From Azoarcus sp. (lineage in GTDB: Bacteria > Pseudomonadota > Gammaproteobacteria > Burkholderiales > Rhodocyclaceae): a DNA stretch of 58,701 nucleotides. The stretch covers positions 1 through 58,701 of the forward strand of contig JACESY010000001.1 in NCBI GenBank assembly GCA_013911595.1, given 5' to 3'. The stretch's first letter is position 1. The number at the start of each line of letters is the position of its first letter. Of the stretch, positions 9,603 through 19,191 are shown piece after piece. The notes beneath the pieces were generated by a model. It was not told where the DNA came from. It did not search any database and saw only the letters and a program-made list of their open reading frames with translations. The translations under genes were made by a program, and so were the position numbers.

Positions 9603-9991
9603 TGGCCATCATGCGCCTGTGCGTGGTCGACACCTCTGCATGGATCGAGTGGTTCCTCGGCAGCGCGCTGGGGCAGCAGATCCGCAAACACTTCCCGGAC
9701 AGGCCGTGCTGCCTCGTCCCCACCATCGTGCAGCTCGAACTCTCGAAGTGGCTGCTACGCGAAGTCGGCGAAGAAGCCGCCGATCAGGTCATCGCCTACA
9801 CTCAAAAATGCCTCGTGGTGCCGCTCGACACCACCATTGCCCTGCTCGCCGCCGATCTGCATCGCGAATACAAGCTCGCCACCGCAGACGCCATCGTCTA
9901 CGCCTCGGCGCGACATCAAGGCGCAGAACTCCTGACCTGCGACGCGCATTTTGAGGGCTTGCCGGACGTTTTGCTGTTTCCCAAGGGGTAA
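9602..9991 (+). CDS. vapC: PIN-domain VapC toxin
   Basis: VVDTSAWIE, PTIVQLEL, L.TADAIVYA, LLTCDAHF. Confidence 0.9.
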   Translation: MAIMRLCVVDTSAWIEWFLGSALGQQIRKHFPDRPCCLVPTIVQLELSKWLLREVGEEAADQVIAYTQKCLVVPLDTTIALLAADLHREYKLATADAIVYASARHQGAELLTCDAHFEGLPDVLLFPKG

Positions 9992-10118
9992 GCGCTCGGG
10001 CCGCCGGGCGTCACGAGAAGATCGTCGAGAGTGAAGATCCCCCGCTCCAGAATCATCACGACACTGAGTGGCCTGCGGGCGTCGAGGGACACTCAGCAAT
10101 TCACAGCGGCTCAGGTGT

Positions 10119-10146
10119 GGGTATAAATTCTAGACGCGACCCCGCG
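10119..10146 (+). repeat. 28-bp direct repeat, copy 2 (right of vapBC)
   Basis: GGGTATAAATTCTAGACGCGACCCCGCG. Confidence 0.85.
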
Positions 10147-10373
10147 TACGCCTCCGTACCCTCATCCGTCTTCGCGGCATGCGGGACCCCACACCCTGGC
10201 CGACAAAAAAGTCGAAGCATTCCTAAGCTGGCTGGAAAGCGGAGTCCAACACATTGACAAGATGCGGTTGCATGCCCCGCCAAGGGGTGTCGTTCGGGCG
10301 TGACCACTCGGCGGTCAGCCGCCACTCTCAGGTGCGCGCCCTGAGGGCGCTTACCTTAGCTACAGGTGACGCC

Positions 10374-12668
10374 TCAGACTATCTCCGCCCTCAACACCCT
10401 CGCCGCCTCCACCATATTCGTCAGCGCCGGAATCACCTCATTCCACTGCCGCGTCTTCAGCCCGCAATCCGGATTCACCCACAACCGCTCAGCCGGGATG
10501 CGTTCGGCGGCTTTCTTCATCAACTGAACCATGTGCTGCTGGTCCGGGATGTTGGGCGAGTGAATGTCGTACACGCCGGGGCCGATTTCGTTGGGGTAGT
10601 TGAAGTGGTCGAAGGCGTCGAGCAGTTCCATGTCGGAGCGCGAGGTTTCGATGGTGATGACGTCGGCGTCCATGTCGGCGATCGACGCGATGATGTCGTT
10701 GAACTCCGAGTAGCACATGTGGGTGTGGATCTGCGTTTCGTCCTGTACGCCGTTGGCGGTGATGCGGAAGGCGGTGACGGCCCAGTCGAGGTAGTGCTGC
10801 CACTGTGCGCGGCGCAGCGGCAGGCCTTCGCGGAGCGCCGCTTCGTCGATCTGGATGACGCGCACGCCGGCTTTTTCCAGATCGAGCACTTCTTCGCGGA
10901 TGGCGAGCGCGAGCTGATAGCAGGTGGTGGCGCGCGGCTGGTCGTCACGCACGAAGGACCAGTTGAGGATGGTCACCGGGCCGGTGAGCATGCCTTTCAT
11001 GGGCTTGTCGGTGAGCGACTGCGCGTACTGGATCCACTCAACGGTCATCGCCTTCGGGCGGCTGATGTCGCCGAACAGAATGGGCGGCTTGACGCAACGT
11101 GAGCCGTAGCTCTGCACCCAGCCGAACTGGCTGAAGGCGTAGCCGTCGAGCTGTTCGCCGAAGTATTCGACCATGTCGTTGCGCTCGGCTTCGCCGTGCA
11201 CCAGCACATCCAGCCCCAGTGCCTCCTGCTCGCGCACGCTGCGGGCGATCTCGCTCTCCATCGCCGCGCGGTAGGTGGCATCACTGATCTCACCGGTCTT
11301 GAACTGGCTGCGCGCCTTGCGGATGTCGGGCGTTTGCGGGAAGGAGCCGATAGTGGTGGTCGGGAACTTCGGCAGCTTCAGATGCGCGGCCTGCTTGCCG
11401 GCACGGGCGGCATAGGGGCTCTTGCGCTGGCCGAGCTGAGCGGTGAGTTTTTGCAGCGCGGCTTTGACGGCCGGGTTGTGCACACACGGCGATGCGCGGC
11501 GGGCCTCGATGGCGGCGCGGTTGGCGTCGAGTTCGGCCTGTACGGAAGTGCGGCCGAAGTTGAGCGCGAAGGCGAGCACGCGCAGTTCTTCGAGCTTCTG
11601 GCGGGCGAAGGCCAGCCACGAGCGCACATCCGGCTCCAGGCGCTGTTCGCTCTCCAGATCCACCGGCACGTGCAGCAGCGAGCACGACGGGGCGATCCAC
11701 AAGCGGTCTTTCAGGCGCTCGTGCAACGGCTCCAGCCATTCGAGCACGGCGGCCAGATCCGTCTTCCAGATGTTGCGCCCGTCGATCACGCCCAGCGACA
11801 CCACCTTGCTGGCGGGCAGCAGGTTGAGCAGGCTCGCCACCTCGTCCCGCGCCCGTACGGCGTCCAGATGCACGCCGGCCACCGGCAGGTTGGCGGCCAG
11901 ATGCAGGTTCTCCTGCAGGGTGCCGAAGTAGGTCGCGAGCAGCAGCTTCACGCGGCAGGCTTTGAGCTCGTGATAGGCGAAGTTGAAGGCGTGCTTCCAG
12001 TCGGCGTCGAGTTCGGTGACCAGCACCGGCTCGTCGATCTGCACCCATTCGGCGCCCTCGTCGGCCAGACGGTCGAGCAATTGCGCATACACCGGCAACA
12101 GGCGCGCGAGCAGGTCGAGCTTGTTGGAATCGTCCTTGGCCTTGCCGAGCCACAGATAGGTGAGCGGGCCGATGATGACCGGCTTGGGCTCGACGCCGAG
12201 CGCGCGGGCCTCGCGCAGTTGTTCGACGATGCGCGAGGCATCGAGCGTGAAGGTGGTGTCGGCAGCGAATTCGGGGACGATGTAGTGGTAGTTGGTATCG
12301 AACCACTTGGTCATCTCGCCGGCCGCCACGCCACCGCAGCAGCCGGCATGCTCTTCGGCCGATTGCGCGGATCTGCCGCGTGCTACGCGAAAGTAGTTGT
12401 CGAGCGCGTCACCGTGAAACCCGCGCACGCGCTCGGGCAGGTTGCCGAGGGTGAAGCTCATGTCGAGCACCTGATCGTAGAACGCGAAGTCGCCTACCGG
12501 AACGAGGTCGAGTTGCGACTGCTCGGCCCAATGGCGGGCGCGCAGATGGGCGCCGAGCGCTTTCAGCTCGTCGCGGGTGGACTGGCCTTTCCAGTACGAT
12601 TCAACAGCAAATTTGAGTTCGCGCTTCGCGCCGATGCGCGGGAAGCCGAGGTTGTGGGTGATCGCCAT
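10374..12668 (-). CDS. metE: Cobalamin-independent methionine synthase
   Basis: [61 protein letters not shown]. Confidence 0.98.
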   Translation of the reverse strand: MAITHNLGFPRIGAKRELKFAVESYWKGQSTRDELKALGAHLRARHWAEQSQLDLVPVGDFAFYDQVLDMSFTLGNLPERVRGFHGDALDNYFRVARGRSAQSAEEHAGCCGGVAAGEMTKWFDTNYHYIVPEFAADTTFTLDASRIVEQLREARALGVEPKPVIIGPLTYLWLGKAKDDSNKLDLLARLLPVYAQLLDRLADEGAEWVQIDEPVLVTELDADWKHAFNFAYHELKACRVKLLLATYFGTLQENLHLAANLPVAGVHLDAVRARDEVASLLNLLPASKVVSLGVIDGRNIWKTDLAAVLEWLEPLHERLKDRLWIAPSCSLLHVPVDLESEQRLEPDVRSWLAFARQKLEELRVLAFALNFGRTSVQAELDANRAAIEARRASPCVHNPAVKAALQKLTAQLGQRKSPYAARAGKQAAHLKLPKFPTTTIGSFPQTPDIRKARSQFKTGEISDATYRAAMESEIARSVREQEALGLDVLVHGEAERNDMVEYFGEQLDGYAFSQFGWVQSYGSRCVKPPILFGDISRPKAMTVEWIQYAQSLTDKPMKGMLTGPVTILNWSFVRDDQPRATTCYQLALAIREEVLDLEKAGVRVIQIDEAALREGLPLRRAQWQHYLDWAVTAFRITANGVQDETQIHTHMCYSEFNDIIASIADMDADVITIETSRSDMELLDAFDHFNYPNEIGPGVYDIHSPNIPDQQHMVQLMKKAAERIPAERLWVNPDCGLKTRQWNEVIPALTNMVEAARVLRAEIV

Positions 12669-12729
12669 TTTGCTTGCCTTGCCTAGTTCGGAAAGTCGCC
12701 ATGCTAGAGCGCGCAATGCATGAATAAAA

Positions 12730-12765
12730 ATGGTACTTTTTCATGTATTGATTAGCCCTGCTCAT
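12730..12765 (-). promoter_or_regulatory. Tandem MetR (LysR T-N11-A) binding sites upstream of metE
   Basis: Minus strand reads ATGAG-CAGGG-CTAAT then ATGAA-AAAGT-ACCAT, 21 bp apart; similar to the MetR TGAR-N5-YTCA type box. Confidence 0.55.
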
Positions 12766-12837
12766 CCTCACGCTGTCGCCGCGCAGTGCCTGTGGCCTGG
12801 CCACTCCGCAATCTGCCCCACGATGAAAGGCCCGCGC

Positions 12838-14856
12838 ATGAAATCCACCTTCTCCAAACGACTTGCGCCCGTGATGATCGCGGCCCTTGCCGCAATGGCG
12901 CTCGCGGCCTGTCAGCACGTGCCCCAACAGGCGGAAGAGCCGACACCGCAAGACATGCTGGACGAGGCGCGCCAGGTGCTGGCCGAGCACCCGCATTCGC
13001 TCACGCCGACGCCGGGCGCGCTGCCGCTGTTCGAGGTGTTGCAGGCCCGGCCGCTGGATGCGGCCTACCGCGCCGGCATGATCGAGCACGGCGTGCGCCG
13101 GCACGTGGATTCGCCACACACGCTGTTCCAGCTCGCCACCAGCATCGGTGGCGAGCAAGTGTTCCGTCCGCCGCCGAGCGACGAGTGGCTGAAACAGCAG
13201 GCCGACCCGCTCACTGACGCCATGCAGCGCCTCGGCGATAACGCCAGCCCGGATGAGGTCTTGCCGCCCGACACCGCCGCGCTTCCGGCGTCGCTTCGCG
13301 GGGAGCTGGCGCTGCTGCTCGACAGCGTCGGCCGCGCGGAACGCTTTCGCCAACGCGCCTTCGCCGCCCTGCCGCCGGAACTGACGCCAGAGCGCCTGCT
13401 GCGGCAGGTCGTGGACGGACGACTGGCCGAGTTCGAGACGCCGGATGTCCGCGAGTGGGTGCCGCAAGTGGAATACGCGGCGCTGGCCGCCGGCATGCAG
13501 GACCTGGCCGCCGCCACCGAGCGCATGGTGCACGCCCTGCGCACGACGCCGGATCTGCCCGCATTGCGCTGGGACGCCGACACCGCGCTCGGGCGAATCG
13601 TCATCGACACGCGCGAGCACGACCACCACCACGCCTTGGCGGACAGCCTGCTGATCATCGACCTCGGCGGCAATGACCGTTACACGGGCTTTGCCGCCGA
13701 CAACCGCCGCATCTCGCTGGTGATCGATGTCGCCGGCGACGACTGCCACGAAGGCTCGGCCGGCGCGGTGCTGGGCTACGCCGTGGTGTGGGATGCGGCT
13801 GGCAACGACCGGCACGGCCCCTGCTCCGACCCCGACGCCCTCGCACCCCGTCTGGCACAGGGCGCCGCACTGTTCGGCGCCGCGCTGCTGGTGGACGAGG
13901 ACGGCGACGACGACTACCGCGCCAGCACCCATGCGCAAGCCTGGGCGCTGGCCGGCCAGGCCTTGCTGGTGGACCACCGGGGCGACGACCGCCACCATGC
14001 GCTGGCCTTCGCGCAGGGTTCGGCCGGGCCGCGGGGGGTAGCCATGCTGATCGACGCCCACGGCAACGACAGCTACACGCTGGCCGCCGAGCCGCTGGTG
14101 CGCCCGTCCTCGCAACTGCGCGAGCGCAACGTGTCCATGGGTCAGGGCGCCAGCCTGGGGCTGCGCGCGGAATTCACCGACGGGCGCTCGTTGCCCGGCG
14201 GCTTCGGTGCGCTGATCGACCTCGACGGCGACGACCGCTATACCGCGCAGGTGTTCGCGCAGGGCGCCGGCTACCAGCAAGGCATCGGCGTGCTCATCGA
14301 CGGCGGCGGTGACGACGAGTACCAGGCTGCCTGGTACGGCCTGGCCGCAGCGGCGCACCAGGGTATCGGCATCTTCATCGACCGCGGCAACGGCGACGAT
14401 CGCTACCGGGTCAGCCACTCCACTTCACTCGCGACCGCGCACGACCGCTCGATCGCCTTCTTCGTCGACGAGGGTGGCGACGACCACTACCGCCACGGCC
14501 GGCTCGGCTTCGGCGCCGCGCACGACAACGGCGTGGCGGTGTTCGCCGAACTCGGCGGCGACGACGACTACCAGCTCGGCGCCGGAAGCTGCATGGCCTT
14601 TGGCGCGGCCCACATCAACCACTGGGGCACGCTGCGCGAATCGCTGCCGAACATCGGCCTGTTCATGGACCTGGGCGGCACAGACCGCTACCCCGCCTAC
14701 TGCACCGATGCCGGCGACGACCGCACATGGCGCTGGCGGCGTGCCCATCCTGAACACGACCTGCCCTCCAAGCACGGCCACGCGCTGGACGGCGAGCATG
14801 CCGCGCCCTTTCACAGCCGCCCACGCAGCGCGCCACCCAACCCCGTCGCCGACTGA
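12838..14856 (+). CDS. Hypothetical lipoprotein with about 12 hydrophobic-D-x-x-G-[DN]-D-x-[YH] repeats (probable Ca-binding beta-solenoid)
   Basis: Signal ending in LAAC lipobox; repeats LIIDLGGNDRY, LVIDVAGDDCH, LLVDEDGDDDY, MLIDAHGNDSY, ALIDLDGDDRY, VLIDGGGDDEY, FFVDEGGDDHY, LFMDLGGTDRY and others. Confidence 0.8.
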   Translation: MKSTFSKRLAPVMIAALAAMALAACQHVPQQAEEPTPQDMLDEARQVLAEHPHSLTPTPGALPLFEVLQARPLDAAYRAGMIEHGVRRHVDSPHTLFQLATSIGGEQVFRPPPSDEWLKQQADPLTDAMQRLGDNASPDEVLPPDTAALPASLRGELALLLDSVGRAERFRQRAFAALPPELTPERLLRQVVDGRLAEFETPDVREWVPQVEYAALAAGMQDLAAATERMVHALRTTPDLPALRWDADTALGRIVIDTREHDHHHALADSLLIIDLGGNDRYTGFAADNRRISLVIDVAGDDCHEGSAGAVLGYAVVWDAAGNDRHGPCSDPDALAPRLAQGAALFGAALLVDEDGDDDYRASTHAQAWALAGQALLVDHRGDDRHHALAFAQGSAGPRGVAMLIDAHGNDSYTLAAEPLVRPSSQLRERNVSMGQGASLGLRAEFTDGRSLPGGFGALIDLDGDDRYTAQVFAQGAGYQQGIGVLIDGGGDDEYQAAWYGLAAAAHQGIGIFIDRGNGDDRYRVSHSTSLATAHDRSIAFFVDEGGDDHYRHGRLGFGAAHDNGVAVFAELGGDDDYQLGAGSCMAFGAAHINHWGTLRESLPNIGLFMDLGGTDRYPAYCTDAGDDRTWRWRRAHPEHDLPSKHGHALDGEHAAPFHSRPRSAPPNPVAD

Positions 14857-14868
14857 GGCCGCAACCCC

Positions 14869-15768
14869 ATGGCCATACTCGAACGTGCCCACCTCACCAT
14901 CCTGCGGGCCGTGGCCCGCCACGGTTCGCTCACCGCCGCGGCCGATCACCTGCATCTGACGCAGTCGGCGCTGAGCCACACCATGCGCAAGCTCGAAGAC
15001 CAGCTTGGCGTGGCCGTCTGGCACCGCGAGGGCCGCAGCCTGCGCCCGACGCAGGCCGGCGAATACCTGCTGGCCGTGGCCGAGCGCCTGCTGCCGCAAC
15101 TGGAGTACGCCGAGGAACGCCTGCATCAGTTCGCGAGCGGCGAGCGCGGGGCGCTGCGTATCGGCATGGAATGCCACCCCTGCTACCAGTGGCTGCTGAA
15201 GATCGTCTCACCGTATCTGGCGGCATGGCCGGAGGTGGATGTGGACGTGAAGCAGAAATTCCAGTTCGGCGGCATCGGCGCGCTGTTCGGCCATGAGATC
15301 GACATGCTGGTCACGCCCGATCCGCTGTTCAAGCCGGGACTGCACTTCGAACCGGTGTTCGACTACGAGCAGGTGCTGGTCGTGGGGCCGCAACACGCGC
15401 TGCGCGGCGCGGCCTACGCGCGCCCCGAACAGCTCACCGACGAGACGCTGATCACCTACCCGGTGGACACCGACCGGCTCGACATCTACACGCAGTTCCT
15501 CACCCCGGCCGGCATCGCGCCGCGCCGCCACAAGCCGATCGAGACCACCGACATCATGCTGCAGATGGTCGCCAGCGGCCGCGGCGTGGCCGCGCTGCCA
15601 CGCTGGCTGGTGGAGGAATACGCCCACCGACTCGACATCGTCCCGGTGCGCCTGGGGCGGCAGGGCATCGCCAAGCAGATCTTCCTGGGTATTCGTGCGG
15701 CCGATGTCGACATCGACTACCTGCACGCCTTTGTGGAGCTGGCGCGTACGTACCGCGATCCCCCGTAG
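14869..15768 (+). CDS. metR: LysR family methionine regulator MetR
   Basis: GSLTAAA..LHLTQSALSH HTH; diagnostic MECHPCYQWL; LITYPV...RLDI; linked to metE. Confidence 0.93.
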   Translation: MAILERAHLTILRAVARHGSLTAAADHLHLTQSALSHTMRKLEDQLGVAVWHREGRSLRPTQAGEYLLAVAERLLPQLEYAEERLHQFASGERGALRIGMECHPCYQWLLKIVSPYLAAWPEVDVDVKQKFQFGGIGALFGHEIDMLVTPDPLFKPGLHFEPVFDYEQVLVVGPQHALRGAAYARPEQLTDETLITYPVDTDRLDIYTQFLTPAGIAPRRHKPIETTDIMLQMVASGRGVAALPRWLVEEYAHRLDIVPVRLGRQGIAKQIFLGIRAADVDIDYLHAFVELARTYRDPP

Positions 15769-15850
15769 CGGTGAACCCACTCGCCCGTTCGGTTTCGGAC
15801 GGGCGGAGGCGCGGCTCGGTTGGCATAGTTCGTCCCCCGATGCCGCACAC

Positions 15851-16624
15851 CTACGCCAAACGCAAGGATGAAGACAGCCCAACCAGGCACGTCAGCAGCA
15901 GCACCAGACCGAGCGCGCGATAAAAGCGCGACGCGTCCGCTGCGAGTAGCCAGTCATGTAGTTTCTCGCCAGCAAACTGACCACCCAGTACGCATGGCAA
16001 CAGCCACAGGTGATGCATGAGCTGCAGGTCGACGCCTGCAGCAACGAACGAAACGAGCTTGATCGACACCAGGATCAACCAGGTGGCGATCATCGTATCG
16101 CGCAAGCGCTCGCGCTCGACATGGCTGGCGAACACGGCAACCATCAAGGGCCCGCCGATCATCGAACTGCCGCTGAAGTAGCCGCCCAGCATCAGCAGCG
16201 CCGAATCACTCGCCGGTGTGCTGCTGCGTACGGGCCGATTGAACACGTAACCCAGTGCGTAGGCGATGACGATCAAGTAGACGATTGCGCTCATCACGCG
16301 CGGCGGCAAGGTGAGCAGCCCGAGTACGCCGAGCAACGACAACGGAAGAATCCACGGCAGCGCCCGACGCAAATATGCCCAGTCGGCGCCGCCGATATGC
16401 TGACCCGCAGTTCCCTGGATCCGGCCACGCAATGGCACCCATATGCCGAAGAGAATCTGGTGTACGGCGATCAGGGGCAGGAAGACCAACAGATCGTTGA
16501 CGATCAGCAGCAGGAACGGCAACACCAGCACGGCGCCGCCGAAGCCGAGCCCGGAACGGACGAAGCCGCTCCAGGCAAACAGCAAGGCGATGGCGACATA
16601 CTGCAGGGCAGACAGGTTTTCCAT
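15851..16624 (-). CDS. TauE/SafE sulfite exporter family
   Basis: SGFVRSGLGFGGA and GGYFSG.S.IGGP repeats; multi-TM. Confidence 0.88.
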   Translation of the reverse strand: MENLSALQYVAIALLFAWSGFVRSGLGFGGAVLVLPFLLLIVNDLLVFLPLIAVHQILFGIWVPLRGRIQGTAGQHIGGADWAYLRRALPWILPLSLLGVLGLLTLPPRVMSAIVYLIVIAYALGYVFNRPVRSSTPASDSALLMLGGYFSGSSMIGGPLMVAVFASHVERERLRDTMIATWLILVSIKLVSFVAAGVDLQLMHHLWLLPCVLGGQFAGEKLHDWLLAADASRFYRALGLVLLLTCLVGLSSSLRLA

Positions 16625-16637
16625 TGGCAGCGCGCGC

Positions 16638-16689
16638 TCCGGGCGAACGCTCGCCGAGCCCGCATCGGCTCGGCGAGCGTTCGCCCGGA
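16638..16689. repeat. Perfect 23-bp inverted repeat (6-nt loop) between the sulfatase and tauE-like genes
   Basis: TCCGGGCGAACGCTCGCCGAGCC-CGCATC-GGCTCGGCGAGCGTTCGCCCGGA. Confidence 0.9.
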
Positions 16690-16695
16690 CGGGCT

Positions 16696-18150
16696 TCAGT
16701 CGAAGTTCGGCTGTACGCCCGGCGGCACCGAGAAGCCCAGGTCGCCACGCGCGATCACGGCCTCGCGACCGCCGTTGGCCGCGAGCAGTTCGCGCTGACG
16801 CGCGTGTGCCCTGCGGTCGACCTCGGCCGGATCCAGCATCTCGGCAAGTCGGCGGCGCCCTTCGGCGAGCGCCTCGGCGTGGGCCGGATCACCCGCCAGA
16901 TCCTCGAGTTCCTCGGGGTCGGTCCGCAGGTCGAACAACTGATCCGGGTGCGCAACGTAGTGCACGTACTTGTAGTTGCGGTAGCGCACCATGAAGATGC
17001 CGGCCGTGGACCCCATGCCGTGGTATTCGCTGAGCACGGTGCGTTCCGGATCGGGCGCGGCCTGGATCGCCATCAGCGAGGTGCCGGGTTGGTCGTCCGG
17101 GATCAGGCCGGCCTCGCCAACAGACTCGAGAATGAACGGGTGCACGTCCACATGGCTCACCGCGGCGTCCACGACGCGGCCTTGCGGAATGCCCTCGCCG
17201 GCGATGATCAACGGCACGGCGGCCGCCTCCTCGTACATCGTGGACTTGCCCCACACGCCGCGCGAACCGAGGTTGTCGCCGTGGTCGCTGGTGTACATCA
17301 CGCGCGTGTCGGCGAGCAGGCCAGTCTCTTCGAGCGTGTGCATGACCTTGCCGATCTGCTCGTCGAGAAAGGTACACAGGCCGTAGTATCCGGCCACCGC
17401 GCGGCGCACCTTGTCGTCGCTGTCGAAGTACTTGTCGTAGGCGAAGCAATCGCCATATTCGCGCAGATACGGATGATCGGGACGCTGCTCGGGCGCATAG
17501 AGCTTGGGCATCGGCAGGCGCGGATCGTCGTAGTAGCGGTAGAAGTATTCCGACGGCGCGGTCAGCGGGAAATGCGGCGAGACCAGCGACACGAACAGCA
17601 CCCACGGCTTGTCGCGATGCTGCGCGGCTTCTTCGCGCAACCAGATCTGGGCCTGTTCGGTGATGTCGCGGTCGTAGCGGGTGTACAGCGACTCTCCCGG
17701 TCCAGCCATGCCGGCCATCTTCCAGGCGCCCTTGCGCTCGGGCATTTCGTCGCGCACCAGACCCATGAGATCGCCCTTGCCGTCGATCACGTGCATCGGA
17801 ATGCGCTCCTCGGAGAAGCCGTTGTCATCCTCGGTGGAACGAAAGTGCAGCTTGCCGATGGACATCACCCAGTGGCCGCGATCACGCAGCAAGTGGTGCC
17901 AGGACGGCACCGAGCCGTCGTAGGGGTCGGCGTTGTCCCAGAAACCGACCTGGTGGCTGTACTTGCCGGTGGCGAATCCGGCGCGCGCCGGAATGCACAC
18001 CGGGTTGGTGCAGTAGGCGCTGGCAAAGCGCGTGCCGCGCGCGGCCAAGGCGTCGATGTTGGGTGTGTGGACGATCTCGTTGCCATAGCAACCGACCGTG
18101 CGGATGTTGTGTTCGTCCGAAATGAAGACGACGAGATTCTGAGCTTTCAT
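16696..18150 (-). CDS. Cys-type sulfatase-like hydrolase (choline-sulfatase-like), cytoplasmic
   Basis: NLVVFISDEH, formylglycine motif CIPARAGFATG, IGKLH, PHFP, SDHGDNLG..G.WGK; no signal peptide. Confidence 0.92.
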   Translation of the reverse strand: MKAQNLVVFISDEHNIRTVGCYGNEIVHTPNIDALAARGTRFASAYCTNPVCIPARAGFATGKYSHQVGFWDNADPYDGSVPSWHHLLRDRGHWVMSIGKLHFRSTEDDNGFSEERIPMHVIDGKGDLMGLVRDEMPERKGAWKMAGMAGPGESLYTRYDRDITEQAQIWLREEAAQHRDKPWVLFVSLVSPHFPLTAPSEYFYRYYDDPRLPMPKLYAPEQRPDHPYLREYGDCFAYDKYFDSDDKVRRAVAGYYGLCTFLDEQIGKVMHTLEETGLLADTRVMYTSDHGDNLGSRGVWGKSTMYEEAAAVPLIIAGEGIPQGRVVDAAVSHVDVHPFILESVGEAGLIPDDQPGTSLMAIQAAPDPERTVLSEYHGMGSTAGIFMVRYRNYKYVHYVAHPDQLFDLRTDPEELEDLAGDPAHAEALAEGRRRLAEMLDPAEVDRRAHARQRELLAANGGREAVIARGDLGFSVPPGVQPNFD

Positions 18151-18215
18151 GCCACGGGTTCCATGTCGGGAAGATGTACGCCGGAAGAGGGCGGGGACAC
18201 GCCCCGCCACTCCTC

Positions 18216-19190
18216 TCAGTCGAGATACTTGGTCTTGATTTCGCGGAAATTCGCCAGCTCGGTGCGCATCAGCGCGTCGGCCTCCTCGCTCGACATCCAT
18301 ACCGGTGCGAAGCCGAACTTCTCGCCGAACTTGCGGTAGTGCTCGGTGGCAACCGCCTTCTCTGCGATGCGCTCAATCTCGGCGAGCGTCTCGGCGGGCA
18401 GGCCCTTGGGTGCCATCAGAATGCGCACCACGCCGAAGTCGGCCGGGATGTCGTGGTCGCGCAGGGTCTTGGTGCCCCGCAAGGGCTCATGGTGGATGCG
18501 CTCGAGCGAGCCCCCCACGGTAAGCACGTTGATCAGCCCTTCCCGGACCTCGCCGAGCATCACGGGAGCGTGGATCACGCCGGCATCCACTTCGTTGGCG
18601 AGCAGCGCGCGTCGCACGTCGGCGCCTCCGCCGTAGGGAATGATGCGGATGTCGATGTCTCCCATGCTGCGGATCGCCGCCGCCATCAGCGTGTGCGCGT
18701 TGGCCGTCCCGCCGACCGCCACGGTCAGCTGGCCCGGCGATTTGCGCGCTGCGTCGCGGAAGTCCTCGTAGCTCTTATAGCCACGCTCGGCATTGGCAAC
18801 CAGCCACGTCGGGCTGTCATAGACGCCGCCGATGTAGACGAAGTCGTCCAGATCGTAGGGCTGCGAACGGAAGGTCAGCGTCGAGTTCATGTCCGAGCTG
18901 CCGTTGAGCACCAGGGTGTAGCCGTCCGCCCGCGCTCCCGCGGCACGCGCGCTACCGGTGGCACTGGACGCGCCAGTGATGTTGTCGATCACCACCGACT
19001 GCCCGGTGACTTCGGAAAAGCCCTCGGCGAAGGCGCGGGCGATTGCGTCGGTGCCGCCGCCAGCGGCCCACGGCACGACGATGTGCACGGTCTTGGCAGG
19101 ATACTCAGCCGCCGCGATCGCCGAGAATGTCATCAGGGTCGCAATGGTGAACGCGCGGGCGGTCATACGCAGTTCTTTGAATCTGCTCAT
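18216..19190 (-). CDS. tctC: TTT substrate-binding protein (TctC/Bug family)
   Basis: Signal peptide, YPAKTV.IVVPWAAGGGTD, ADGYTL, IPYGGG. Confidence 0.9.
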   Translation of the reverse strand: MSRFKELRMTARAFTIATLMTFSAIAAAEYPAKTVHIVVPWAAGGGTDAIARAFAEGFSEVTGQSVVIDNITGASSATGSARAAGARADGYTLVLNGSSDMNSTLTFRSQPYDLDDFVYIGGVYDSPTWLVANAERGYKSYEDFRDAARKSPGQLTVAVGGTANAHTLMAAAIRSMGDIDIRIIPYGGGADVRRALLANEVDAGVIHAPVMLGEVREGLINVLTVGGSLERIHHEPLRGTKTLRDHDIPADFGVVRILMAPKGLPAETLAEIERIAEKAVATEHYRKFGEKFGFAPVWMSSEEADALMRTELANFREIKTKYLD

Positions 19191-19191
19191 G

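Noticed and set aside
7100-10370. TA genes as integron cassettes
   Set aside because: No convincing RYYYAAC...GTTRRRY attC structure and no integron integrase seen
12669-12837. Cobalamin or SAM riboswitch upstream of metE
   Set aside because: The leader is short and occupied by MetR-like boxes; no recognisable riboswitch core
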